The position numbers were made by a program, and so were the translations under genes. From Planctomycetota bacterium (GTDB lineage: Bacteria > Planctomycetota > MHYJ01 > JACQXL01): a DNA stretch of 64,000 bases. Position 1 is the stretch's first letter. Each line of letters opens with the position of its first letter. Below are positions 46,732 through 56,050 of the stretch, one piece after another. The notes beneath the pieces were generated by a model that was not told the origin of the DNA, ran no database searches, and saw nothing but the letters and a program-made list of their open reading frames with translations. Where the stretch lies: positions 13,427 through 77,426 of the forward strand of contig JBBTIZ010000023.1 in the NCBI GenBank assembly GCA_038059695.1. Direction: 5' to 3'.

Positions 46732-47406
46732 ATGCCGAAGATTAGATTATCGGGTTTTACCCTGATAGAGTTAATGATTGCCAGCGTATTAATGGCCCTG
46801 GCCGGCTTGGCCGCATACCATTCTTATAGCCAGGGAATCCTGGTCTGGAAAAAAGGGCAGGAGAATTCCAACCAGGATAAGGCCCTGCTAACAATGGAAA
46901 GGATTAATCGCGACCTCAAGAACACCTTTTCCTTTAGTCCGGTTGGCTTCAACGGCGAGGAGACGAAAATCTCCTTTCCCTACCTTACCCTAAAATACGA
47001 CTGGACTCGGCCGGAAGAGAACGGCGAAACAGAAGACATATCTGCCGCCACAGAATCGTCCGTCCCCCTGCCGCTTATTACCAAGATGACCTATGAATAT
47101 AACCAGAGCGAGGGAAAACTCTCCCGCCTCTCGGAGATATACGCCTATCCCAATCTTGATGAATTAAAGGTCAATCCCGACGATACGAAAAAGGAGTCCT
47201 CCCGCGTTCTCCTTGAAGACGTAGAAATACTAAAATTCTCCTATGCGATAACCAAAACCCCGGAACTTAGTTTCTCTAATAATGCCATTAACTCCGGCAT
47301 ACCCTATGCAATAAAGATAGAGTTAAAGTTAAAGAGCATGAAGAATGCCCTAACGCGCACGATAATTATCCCTATTATTAAGCCGCCCCGAAACGAGGGC
47401 AAATGA
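46732..47406 (+). CDS. Minor pseudopilin (GspJ-like)
   Basis: GFTLIELMIASVLMALAGLAAY prepilin N-terminus. Confidence 0.5.
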   Translation: MPKIRLSGFTLIELMIASVLMALAGLAAYHSYSQGILVWKKGQENSNQDKALLTMERINRDLKNTFSFSPVGFNGEETKISFPYLTLKYDWTRPEENGETEDISAATESSVPLPLITKMTYEYNQSEGKLSRLSEIYAYPNLDELKVNPDDTKKESSRVLLEDVEILKFSYAITKTPELSFSNNAINSGIPYAIKIELKLKSMKNALTRTIIIPIIKPPRNEGK

Positions 47407-47414
47407 GATAAAGT

Positions 47415-48545
47415 ATGTTTTTATCCCGTAAAAATGGCGGAGTCGCAACCCCAATCTTCAGTCGGGATAAACTCCGTCCCGCCTGTCCCGACAAATGTCG
47501 GGAATTGTTTCGGGGCAGTGTCCTGATAATTGTCCTCTGGGTAATAATCATCCTCACCATCCTGGCCGTGAGTGTCAGCGTGGTCGCCTCGTCCCAGGTG
47601 TTTTCTGCCAGGCGATACCGCAATCAAGTAACGGCTTATTTCATTGCCCGGTCCGGCATTGCTTTATGCCTTGCCGAATTAAACCGCGACAAGGAAACCA
47701 ACACCTATGACGCCTTAAAAGAGACGTGGAGCAATAAAGCCGAATTGTTTAACGACAAACCGGTGGGCAGCGGATTCCTGGGCGTGGCCTATGAATACTC
47801 CAATCAAATCAAGACCGTTTCCAGCGAAGGCGAATCAACCGTAACCAACACCTTTTACGGAATGATTGACGAAGAACGCAAGATAAACATCAATACCGCC
47901 AGCGCCGCGGTTCTTGAAACGTTATTCCAGGACCGGGCATCTCTCAGCCCGGGCCAGGCAAAGGAAATAGCGGACAGCATTGTTGACTGGCGCGACACCG
48001 ACGACACCAGAAGGGATAACGGCGCCGAAACCGGCTATTACCAGAGTTTGTCATCACCATACCCCTGCAAGAATAATAAGTTTGATATACTTGAAGAAGT
48101 GATACTGGTCAAAGGAATGCGGCCTGAAATCTTCCAGACCGTCCGGGATTTTATCACCGTTTACGGCGACGGCCGGGTCAATATTAATACCGCCCCTTTC
48201 CCGGTCTTGCATGCCCTGGGACCGTCTGAAATTCTGGCCGAGAAAATCATCCGCTGCCGGTCCGGCTCAGATGAAATAGACGGCACCGAAGACGACGAGG
48301 TCTTTACCCAGCCGTCCGCTATTATCAGCGCCCTCAACAAGAAACAAACCCTCACCCAGGAAGAAACCAATCAGATAAATAACCTGATTACCACCAACGC
48401 CATCGGCGTAAAATCAACCTACTTTCAGATTATCTCTTCCGGCTATCTTGCCGATATAAACACGGGCGAAAAGGACCCTAAAAATAGTAAGAGAATTACT
48501 TGTATTATCACCCGAAATGGTAAGATAGTACTCTGGCAGGAGTAA
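47415..48545 (+). CDS. gspK: T2SS minor pseudopilin GspK; real start probably about 47505 (TTG) after the repeat elements
   Basis: RGSVLIIVLWVIIILTILAV N-terminal helix and the GspK hallmark ININTASAAVLETL. The first ~30 codons of the track ORF are translated repeat sequence (ggataaactcc core plus the tcccgacaaatgtcggga hairpin). Confidence 0.6.
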   Translation: MFLSRKNGGVATPIFSRDKLRPACPDKCRELFRGSVLIIVLWVIIILTILAVSVSVVASSQVFSARRYRNQVTAYFIARSGIALCLAELNRDKETNTYDALKETWSNKAELFNDKPVGSGFLGVAYEYSNQIKTVSSEGESTVTNTFYGMIDEERKININTASAAVLETLFQDRASLSPGQAKEIADSIVDWRDTDDTRRDNGAETGYYQSLSSPYPCKNNKFDILEEVILVKGMRPEIFQTVRDFITVYGDGRVNINTAPFPVLHALGPSEILAEKIIRCRSGSDEIDGTEDDEVFTQPSAIISALNKKQTLTQEETNQINNLITTNAIGVKSTYFQIISSGYLADINTGEKDPKNSKRITCIITRNGKIVLWQE

Positions 48546-48583
48546 TCAGGTGCTTCATAATTAATAATTCGTAATTACAAATA

Positions 48584-50050
48584 ATGTTTGGCTCTAAAGA
48601 TTTGCTTGGTATTGAAATAGGCGGCCAGTATCTCAAAATTATCCACCTTAATAATAAGCAGGAGATACTGAACTGGGTTTCCACCGATATCCGGACGTTA
48701 AATGATGACGGTATCGTGGATTTCATCCGCAATTATCTCCGGGAAAAGAACATTAAGACCGTAGATGTGATTAATCCGGTCCCGGCCCGATATACCATCA
48801 GTAAAAACATTGAATTGCCCTCCACCAATCCGGCGGAAATCAAGCAGATTATCAAACTCCAGGCCGGCCACCATTCGCCTTATTCGCCGGAAGAGATTGT
48901 TATTGATTATATTCCCATCGGCGTCTTCCGGGGCGGCTATACCAGGATATTCCTGATAATTGTTAACCGCGATAACGTCAAACGTAACTTTGATATCATC
49001 GAGCGCTCCGGCCTGAGATTGAAGAAGATGGTCCTGTCCCTGGAGACCATGGTCCTCTGGTATAAAGACCGTTCCCCGTCCAATTCCCTGGGCATACTTC
49101 ACCTGGATGCCGACAACACCGATTTTCTGGTGATTAAAGAGCAGAAACCTATATTCCTGCGTAATATTCCGGTCGGCGTAGAGCAGTTATTATATGACCG
49201 CGATAAATATGTCCCGCAGTTATTGGAAGAAATTAATCATTCGCTTGAGGCATATCAGACCGAGCAGATGGAATCGCTCTCAAAAATAGTTGCCTGCGGC
49301 GCCACCTCAAAAGCCGCTGAATTCCTGCGCCAGATACCGGAAAAGAGCAATATCACGGTTGATATTGAAGACAATCTTGAGGGGCTAAAACTCGCCCCCG
49401 GCGCGCCGGATATTAAAGGCGCGGCTTCAGACCTGTCGGTTATCGGCCTAGCCGCCGGCGTGGTTAAATATAACAAGACCCATCTGGACCTGACGCCGGA
49501 AGAGGTGAAACTGCGCGAGTCCGTGGCTGAAAAGAGCCGCGACATTATCTGGCTCGGCACCTTGATGTTCTTTATTCTGATACTCTTTCTTTCCATCTTC
49601 GCCCAGAAAATCTGGATGAAGAATAGGATGGTAAAAGTCCTGGAGAGCGAAAGCCAGAAATACCAAAAAGAAGCCGCCGGGTTAAAAGGCACCAAGCGCA
49701 AGATTGGACTGGTCAAAACCCATTTCCTGCGCCGGAATTTCGCCCTGGACGCCCTGACCGAAATTCATAAGTGTATGACCCCGGAGATTTACCTGACCAG
49801 ATTGCTTATTGACGACCAGCAAAATAGCGGCCGCGACCAGCAGAATACGACACGGTTTGTATTGCACGGAACTGCCAATACTACGGCAGATGTTCATCAG
49901 ATGGCGGATAGATTGGGAAAATCTGATTATTTTAAGGATGTCAAGGCGCCGCCGACTACGCCCCGGACTGAAATCAATCGCGATACCAGAATCAAAAGAG
50001 AAGTGGTTGACTTTGAAATAAGCGGCAAACTGGAGCTGGAGTTAAAATAA
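48584..50050 (+). CDS. GspL-like assembly protein (PilM-like cytoplasmic actin-fold domain + TM + PilN-like periplasmic domain)
   Basis: N-terminal LLGIEIGGQYLKI is PilM/GspL-like. TM WLGTLMFFILILFLSIFAQ. Position in the operon. Confidence 0.5.
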   Translation: MFGSKDLLGIEIGGQYLKIIHLNNKQEILNWVSTDIRTLNDDGIVDFIRNYLREKNIKTVDVINPVPARYTISKNIELPSTNPAEIKQIIKLQAGHHSPYSPEEIVIDYIPIGVFRGGYTRIFLIIVNRDNVKRNFDIIERSGLRLKKMVLSLETMVLWYKDRSPSNSLGILHLDADNTDFLVIKEQKPIFLRNIPVGVEQLLYDRDKYVPQLLEEINHSLEAYQTEQMESLSKIVACGATSKAAEFLRQIPEKSNITVDIEDNLEGLKLAPGAPDIKGAASDLSVIGLAAGVVKYNKTHLDLTPEEVKLRESVAEKSRDIIWLGTLMFFILILFLSIFAQKIWMKNRMVKVLESESQKYQKEAAGLKGTKRKIGLVKTHFLRRNFALDALTEIHKCMTPEIYLTRLLIDDQQNSGRDQQNTTRFVLHGTANTTADVHQMADRLGKSDYFKDVKAPPTTPRTEINRDTRIKREVVDFEISGKLELELK

Positions 50051-50052
50051 TT

Positions 50053-50571
50053 ATGAAATTTATTTCCAAACTGTCTCAGCGAGAACGGATGTACTTTTAC
50101 ATTACCGCGGTGATTATTACCCTCTTTCTGGTGGACCGTTTTATCTTCGGCATGATGCTCGGACAGATTAACCAACTGGATGAACGGATATCTACCCTGA
50201 AAGATGAACTGGCTAATGATAAAAAGATTATCTCTTCTAAAGATAACATCAACAAGGAAAGCGAACTCTACGGCAAATACCTGGCCAAAGAAGAAAACCC
50301 TGACCGTGAATTGCCGAAAATAATAAACACCCTGGCTATCCAGTCCGAATTGATTAACTCTGAATTAAAGCCCATTCCATCAAAAGATGGGAATAGATAT
50401 CTGGTGGAACTAAACGCCGAGGGCAAGATGAAGAATATAGTTAGCTTTATGTATAACCTGAATATGGGGCATTCACTGCTCAAGGTGGAAAAAATAGACC
50501 TCTCGCCCAAAGCGGCAAAATCGGAAACCCTTAAGATATATATCTTAATCTCCAAGGCCGTGGTGCAATAG
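50053..50571 (+). CDS. GspM/PilO-like bitopic protein
   Basis: Single TM YFYITAVIITLFLV. Size and position after gspL. Confidence 0.4.
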   Translation: MKFISKLSQRERMYFYITAVIITLFLVDRFIFGMMLGQINQLDERISTLKDELANDKKIISSKDNINKESELYGKYLAKEENPDRELPKIINTLAIQSELINSELKPIPSKDGNRYLVELNAEGKMKNIVSFMYNLNMGHSLLKVEKIDLSPKAAKSETLKIYILISKAVVQ

Positions 50572-50598
50572 CCATTATAGTAAGGCAGTCTGCCAAAT

Positions 50599-52662
50599 AT
50601 GATTCCTCAAGAAAGAGAAATCTACTGGTATATCCCCCGCATCCTGATCGTGGTTCATTACGGCCTGTTCATTATCGCTTCAATCATATTTTTCTACGGC
50701 GTCCTTAAACACTTCCGGCTCATTCGCCTGGGCAAGAAAGACAACCGCCTTTCGTCTCTGCCCCAGCGCCTTTTTCATCTGGTTTATTACGGGCTGTTCC
50801 AGCGCCGTATCCTGGAACGGCTCTATCAGGGCGCTACCCACACCGGCATCTTCTACGGCCTGGGCCTCCTCTATATCGGCACCCTCGTAGTCCTGGTCCA
50901 GTCCGACCTGGGCATCATCATACTGACCGGCGCATTCTATCAATACTTTTCACTGGCTATGGATTTAGCCGGCGCAGCGCTTTTAATCGCCCTGTTATTC
51001 GTCATTATCCGGCGCTATATCATCAGGCCGGTTGAATTAGACAACCAATGGGACGACCTGCTGGTTATCTTGTTCCTGGGCGCTCTTGTCATCACCGGAT
51101 TCCTCCTGGAAGGCAGCCGGATGGCAATAACCGAGATACCTCAACAATTCGCCATTCGCTATTTCTCGCCGCTCGGGCTCCTGGCCGGAAAATTAATTAT
51201 CGCTTTGGGCATAACCGAATCCGCGGTCCGGATTTATTATCCCATCTGCTGGTTCACCCATTCCACTGTGCTGGTGGCTCTTATTGCTTATTTTCCCTGG
51301 TCCAAACTGATGCACATATTCACCGCGCCATTGAATATATTCTTCCGTGATTTGGAACATCCGGGCACGCTGGTCAACCTGGACCTGGAAACATCAGAAG
51401 AATTCGGCATCACCAAGATAACCGACTTCACCTGGAAACACCTGCTGGACCTGGATGCCTGCACCAGATGCGGACGCTGTAACACCGGCTGTCCCACCAA
51501 CCTGAGCAATAAATCGTTGAAGCCCAAACAACTGATTCAGAACCTCAAAAACCACCTGTTCGCCCAGCCCCTGCGCGCAGGAACGGGGTTCAACAAGGTA
51601 TCTGTCAAGGGGCAGTTGCCCAATCTGGCGCCCGAGACCGTTTCCTATGACGAAATCTGGGATTGCACCACCTGCGGATTCTGTAAGTCCAATTGCCCGG
51701 TCTTTATCGACCATCCACCCAAACTGTTGGAATTCCGGCGCCATCTGGTCCTGGCTGAAAGCAATTTCCCGCCTGAGGTCAAGACCATGTTCAAGAATAT
51801 GGAAACCAACGGCAACCCCTGGCCAATCAGCTGGGACAAACGCAGTGATTGGGTTAAAGCGGAGCCCGCTACCGCGGGCGGAGTCCCGACGAATGTCGGG
51901 AACTTGAGAATCCTAAACGAGGGCGATAAAACCGATATCCTGCTCTGGGTGGGTTGCGCCGGCGCCACCGATGACCGCAATACCCGGGTAGCCCGGGCCC
52001 TGGTCAAGGTGCTCCAAAAAGCCGGAGTGGATTTCGCCATTCTCGGCAATGCCGAACGCTGTTGCGGCGACCCGGCCCGGCGCATCGGCAACGAATATCT
52101 CTACCAGCAACTGGCCGATGAAAATATCCAGACCCTCAAGAAATATAAATTCTCCCGGATTCTGACCTATTGCCCGCATTGCCATAACACCCTCAAGAAC
52201 GAATACCACCAGATGGACGCTAATTTCAACGTCCTGCATCACAGCGAATTCATCTGGGAACTAATCCAATCAGGTAAATTATCAGTTTCGCAATCAGCCA
52301 TTGCCAATCTGCAATCGGTCACGTATCACGACTCCTGTTATCTGGGCCGGTATAACGACATCTACAATGCGCCCCGGCAGATTCTAAAATCCATACCCGG
52401 CGTGGAATTTAAGGAGATGCCCCGCAACCACAAAAAGAGTTTCTGTTGCGGCGCCGGCGGCGGACGGATGTGGATGGAGGAAAAACGAGGCGACCGGATT
52501 AACCAGATTCGCATCCAGGAAGCGCTTGGTACAGTCAAGCAGGGAACGGTTATCACGGCCTGTCCCTACTGCCTGACTATGTTAGGGGATGGCATCAAGG
52601 AAAAAGGCATTACCGACCAACTCAAAGCGCTGGATATCGTTGAGATACTAAGCAATTCTTAA
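50599..52662 (+). CDS. Fused membrane oxidoreductase: NarI/DsrM/HdrE-like heme-b TM domain + two [4Fe-4S] ferredoxin motifs + two CCG domains (HdrD/DsrK-like)
   Basis: About 6 TM helices with conserved His residues, CTRCGRCNTGCP and CTTCGFCKSNCP, and CCG motifs CCGDPA and CCGAGGG. Confidence 0.6.
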   Translation: MIPQEREIYWYIPRILIVVHYGLFIIASIIFFYGVLKHFRLIRLGKKDNRLSSLPQRLFHLVYYGLFQRRILERLYQGATHTGIFYGLGLLYIGTLVVLVQSDLGIIILTGAFYQYFSLAMDLAGAALLIALLFVIIRRYIIRPVELDNQWDDLLVILFLGALVITGFLLEGSRMAITEIPQQFAIRYFSPLGLLAGKLIIALGITESAVRIYYPICWFTHSTVLVALIAYFPWSKLMHIFTAPLNIFFRDLEHPGTLVNLDLETSEEFGITKITDFTWKHLLDLDACTRCGRCNTGCPTNLSNKSLKPKQLIQNLKNHLFAQPLRAGTGFNKVSVKGQLPNLAPETVSYDEIWDCTTCGFCKSNCPVFIDHPPKLLEFRRHLVLAESNFPPEVKTMFKNMETNGNPWPISWDKRSDWVKAEPATAGGVPTNVGNLRILNEGDKTDILLWVGCAGATDDRNTRVARALVKVLQKAGVDFAILGNAERCCGDPARRIGNEYLYQQLADENIQTLKKYKFSRILTYCPHCHNTLKNEYHQMDANFNVLHHSEFIWELIQSGKLSVSQSAIANLQSVTYHDSCYLGRYNDIYNAPRQILKSIPGVEFKEMPRNHKKSFCCGAGGGRMWMEEKRGDRINQIRIQEALGTVKQGTVITACPYCLTMLGDGIKEKGITDQLKALDIVEILSNS

Positions 52663-52722
52663 ACACGAATCCCTCGACTATTCGTGTCCATTCACTTCTA
52701 TTCGTGTCATTCGTGTTCTCTT
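52663..52722. repeat. CACGAAT-family array (1 forward, 3 inverted copies)
   Basis: cacgaatccctcgactattcgtgtccattcacttctattcgtgtcattcgtg. Confidence 0.55.
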
Positions 52723-52745
52723 CTTTATGCCTTTGCGTCCTTTTG

Positions 52746-52779
52746 GCGCCATAAGGGCGCCATGGCGCTTCGGCGCCAG
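52746..52779. repeat. 34-nt repeat gcgccataagggcgccatggcgcttcggcgccag (copy 2)
   Basis: Identical to 37481-37514. Confidence 0.75.
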
Positions 52780-52788
52780 TGGCAAAAT

Positions 52789-53223
52789 CTATTTCAAATA
52801 AATCAACCCATCCAGGAACAGCATCCCGCCGCCCATAATCATAAACAGAATCCCCAGGTCCGGCTTGACCTCGGCCAATTTGAGAAAAAGATACACATCG
52901 CTGGTCTCTATCCGGCCCCAGACATAAAACCCCAGGGCTGCCGCGAGAATGCCGGCCAAAAGAATCAAGACGCCATAGATAGATTTGGAGGGGACAACCA
53001 GCGAGATAAACCCTGAGAAAAAGGCAAAGGCAATAATGGCGATAAGAATTCTGAATGCCAAATAGAGTTTCGGCTCGCTATATGCGTAGGCGGTTTGATT
53101 AATCAGCCCAAATGTGCCCTTACCTGTTGCCCAGGGCGTATAAAGCGACCAGATTAACAGCCCCAGCCCGGCCGACAGCAGGAAGAAATGCAATACCCAT
53201 AACAGGAAAGTTGGCTTTTTCAT
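52789..53223 (-). CDS. Hypothetical polytopic membrane protein (4 predicted TM helices), flanked by the 34-nt and 29-nt repeats
   Basis: Four hydrophobic helices, no motif. Confidence 0.4.
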   Translation of the reverse strand: MKKPTFLLWVLHFFLLSAGLGLLIWSLYTPWATGKGTFGLINQTAYAYSEPKLYLAFRILIAIIAFAFFSGFISLVVPSKSIYGVLILLAGILAAALGFYVWGRIETSDVYLFLKLAEVKPDLGILFMIMGGGMLFLDGLIYLK

Positions 53224-53294
53224 CTTCTTCTACTGATACTTGGCATCCCTAATCTGGTCAAGAAATTTCACTACAAAGAGCACCAAATAACCCT

Positions 53295-53394
53295 TGTCAC
53301 CCTGAGCGGAGCGAAGGGTCTCGTTAATAATTAGATTCTTCGCCTGAGGCTCAGAATGACACCTTCGTGCCTTAGTGTCTTGGTGGCTAAATTT
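53295..53394. repeat. Composite repeat: tgtcaccctgagcggagcgaagg...cttcgcctgaggctcagaatgaca palindrome (related to the 2352-2462 element) followed by copy 2 of the 29-nt cgtgccttagtgtcttggtggctaaattt repeat
   Basis: Inverted arms tgtcaccctgagcgg / cctgaggctcagaatgaca. The 29-mer at 53366-53394 is identical to 37558-37586. Confidence 0.7.
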
Positions 53395-53547
53395 AAACTC
53401 TCCTGTACTATAAAAAATCCCCCTTGACCCCGTTAGAGATAGGGCATCTTTCTCTGACGACCGTCCTGGCGTAAAACCGCGCGGAATCCACGAAACACCC
53501 AAATAATGATGTTTTATCTTATAATGAACAAAATATCTCTAACGGGG

Positions 53548-53576
53548 TTGACAAAACCGGGGATATCTGCTATAAT
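53548..53576 (+). promoter_or_regulatory. Consensus sigma70 promoter TTGACA-17-TATAAT
   Basis: ttgacaaaaccggggatatctgctataat lies about 50 nt upstream of the 3D-domain gene, which has RBS AGGGAGG. Confidence 0.5.
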
Positions 53577-53628
53577 TACTGGAGTATTGGCCGGCTAAAA
53601 GCAAGCGAATACAAGGGAGGTAAGACAG

Positions 53629-54069
53629 ATGAAAGGGATAATAATCACGGTGGCGATACTGGCGGTCATCCTGGGGCCGGGCTGGTATCTCATAAACCTA
53701 AATGCGGAACGGAACGCCCAAGCCGCTCCTAAATACGCCTGGAAACCGGTTCAGGCCAGGGTCACTCATTACAGTTGCAATGAAAAAGCCGAGCGGAGAT
53801 GGAAGGGCAAGACCTCGCTCAACAAATCAGCCCGTAATAATGACGGCGTGGCAGTTGACCCCAGGATAATCCCTTATGGCTCAGTTATTCACATCCCGGG
53901 CATCGGCACCAGGGTTGCCGACGACACCGGCGGCAAGTGCCGGCAGTATGGCAGGAATAACCAGGTGCTGGTTGACGTGCGCTGGAATGACAAAACCCGG
54001 CAGGAAATGCTGGATATGGGCTCGGAATGGCAGACCGTTTACATCCTTCAAAAGGTCAGCAACGATTAG
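53629..54069 (+). CDS. 3D-domain protein (MltA/YuiC-like peptidoglycan-binding/lytic domain) with N-terminal TM anchor
   Basis: N-terminal TM helix. 3D-domain motif GVAVDPRIIPYGSVIHIPGIG...ADDTGG. Confidence 0.55.
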   Translation: MKGIIITVAILAVILGPGWYLINLNAERNAQAAPKYAWKPVQARVTHYSCNEKAERRWKGKTSLNKSARNNDGVAVDPRIIPYGSVIHIPGIGTRVADDTGGKCRQYGRNNQVLVDVRWNDKTRQEMLDMGSEWQTVYILQKVSND

Positions 54070-54913
54070 CCAGGAAAACACGCGGAATGCGGTTGTAATC
54101 CTTGAGGATTTTTATATCACGGAAACATTCCGATGCCTTTATGATTCTGAGCACGGATTTTGCCTGCCCTTGTCCTATTTCCAGCAGGAGCCAACCGCCG
54201 GGCTTGAGATAATCCGGCGCCTGGGTGATTATCTTTTCAATATAAGCCAGGCCCTTTTTGCCGGCCCATAATGCCTTGGACGGTTCATATCTCAGTCCGG
54301 CCTGCCACCTGGATTTCTCGGCCCTGTCAACATAGGGCGGGTTGGAGACGATTATGTCCGCTTTAATGCCTTTGAACGGCTCAAATAAATCGCCATAGCA
54401 AAACCTAATATATTTACCAACTTGATGACGTTTAACATTGAGCCGGGCGATGCGCAGCGCCTTTTTAGATATATCAGACGCAAAGATACGCAGGTTTTTA
54501 ACGCCGCTCTGCTTGGCGATTGATACGGCGATATTGCCTGAGCCCGTGCCGAGGTCCATAACGTATAGCGTAGAGCGTAGAGCGCTATGCGTTAAGACAT
54601 TGATACATTTTAGCGTTTGCTCCACCAGCAGTTCGGTTTCGGGCCTGGGAATCAGAACCGCCGGCGTGACCACAAAGTCCAGGGACATAAATTCTTTGTG
54701 TCCGGTCAGATATGCCATTGGATACCCCCTGTTATATTTCCTGAGCAGTTTTCGGAAACGAGAGTATTGCGCCGGGGTGATAATCTTCTGAGGGTCTTTG
54801 TATAAATCAATCCGTTCACATTTCAGGATATGGGCCAGTAAAATTTCTGTATCAGAACGTAACAAGGGTGAAAGGTATGAACCATCTTTCATCTTTCCAC
54901 TTTTATCTTTCAT
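54056..54913 (-). CDS. prmC: Release factor glutamine N5-methyltransferase PrmC/HemK
   Basis: NPPY motif (IIVSNPPYV) and SAM motif VMDLGTGSGNIA. Immediately downstream of prfA. The first few track codons may be repeat-derived (gtggaaagatgaaag repeat). Confidence 0.75.
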   Translation of the reverse strand: MKDKSGKMKDGSYLSPLLRSDTEILLAHILKCERIDLYKDPQKIITPAQYSRFRKLLRKYNRGYPMAYLTGHKEFMSLDFVVTPAVLIPRPETELLVEQTLKCINVLTHSALRSTLYVMDLGTGSGNIAVSIAKQSGVKNLRIFASDISKKALRIARLNVKRHQVGKYIRFCYGDLFEPFKGIKADIIVSNPPYVDRAEKSRWQAGLRYEPSKALWAGKKGLAYIEKIITQAPDYLKPGGWLLLEIGQGQAKSVLRIIKASECFRDIKILKDYNRIPRVFLANRC

Positions 54914-54915
54914 CT

Positions 54916-55995
54916 TTACTTAGAGGCCGAGATATTCTGGATTTTGAGCTTGCGGTCTTCTTCCATGAGTTTATTAATCATCTCATCCAATTCGCCTTCC
55001 ATCACAACCGGCAGGTTATGGAGCGAGAAATTGATGCGATGGTCGGTAACCCGGCTTTGGGGAAAGTTGTAGGTGCGGATTTTCTCGCTCCGGTCGCCGG
55101 AGCCAATCTGGGTCTTGCGCATCTTATCCCGGACCTCTTTAGTTTTAGAGGCCAGATTTTCGTAGATGCGGCTTCTCAGGAGGCGCATGGCCAAATCCTT
55201 ATTGCGGTGCTGGGAACGTTCCACCTGGCAGGCCACGACCGTGTTGGTCGGAAGATGGGTGATGCGCACGGCCGAGGCGGTTTTATTGACGTGCTGTCCG
55301 CCCGGACCGCCGGCTGAATAGGTGTCAATCTTGAGGTCTTCTGACCTAATTTCCACTTCTACTTCTTCGGCTTCGGGCAGGACCGCCACCGTGCAGGCCG
55401 AGGTATGAATCCGGCCGCTGGCCTCGGTGTGCGGGACCCGCTGGACCCGATGTCCGCCGCTTTCAAATCTCAGGTGCTTGTAAACGCTCTCGCCTTCTAT
55501 GGAAAAGGTGACATCCTTGAATCCGCCCAGTCCGGTCGGGCTGGAATCCATCAGCAGGCACTTCCATCCTTTCCTGTCGGCATACTTGGTGTACATCCGG
55601 AAAAGTTCGGCGGCAAACAGGGCCGATTCTTCGCCGCCGGTGCCGGCCCGGATTTCCATAATCACATTCCGGTCGCCATGTTCTTCGTCAGTCAGGAACA
55701 TCTCTTCCATTTCGCCTAAAATCTTCTTTTCTTTTTCGGCTAATGTATTGAGCTCCTCGGTGGTCATCTCAATAAAATCCTTATCGTTTTTGTGCTGCTG
55801 GATTAACTCCTGGGTGTCCTTCTTTTCCTTGCGGATTTCCCCCAGCGCCTTGATGCGGGTTACGAATTTGGTGAGTGCGCCGCGTTCTTTCATCAGTGAA
55901 GCATAACGGGACTGATTGCCGATTATCTCCGGCTGGACAATGAGCGTCTCTATCTCCTCGTATCGTCTCAATATTTCGGCAAGTTTATTTTCCAT
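54916..55995 (-). CDS. prfA: Peptide chain release factor 1
   Basis: Start at the MENKLAEIL Met. GGQ motif [15 protein letters not shown]1-type tripeptide region RVQRVPHTE. Confidence 0.85.
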   Translation of the reverse strand: MENKLAEILRRYEEIETLIVQPEIIGNQSRYASLMKERGALTKFVTRIKALGEIRKEKKDTQELIQQHKNDKDFIEMTTEELNTLAEKEKKILGEMEEMFLTDEEHGDRNVIMEIRAGTGGEESALFAAELFRMYTKYADRKGWKCLLMDSSPTGLGGFKDVTFSIEGESVYKHLRFESGGHRVQRVPHTEASGRIHTSACTVAVLPEAEEVEVEIRSEDLKIDTYSAGGPGGQHVNKTASAVRITHLPTNTVVACQVERSQHRNKDLAMRLLRSRIYENLASKTKEVRDKMRKTQIGSGDRSEKIRTYNFPQSRVTDHRINFSLHNLPVVMEGELDEMINKLMEEDRKLKIQNISASK

Positions 55996-56011
55996 AATCA
56001 ATGGTTTTGCT

Positions 56012-56036
56012 GGATTCCCGCCTACGCGGGAATGAC
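56012..56036. repeat. 25-nt palindromic REP-like element ggattcccgcctacgcgggaatgac (copy 2), between the dehydrogenase gene and prfA
   Basis: Identical to 3089-3113. It is translated artefactually as the 5' extension of the prfA track ORF. Confidence 0.7.
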
Positions 56037-56050
56037 GCAAACGGAAATAT

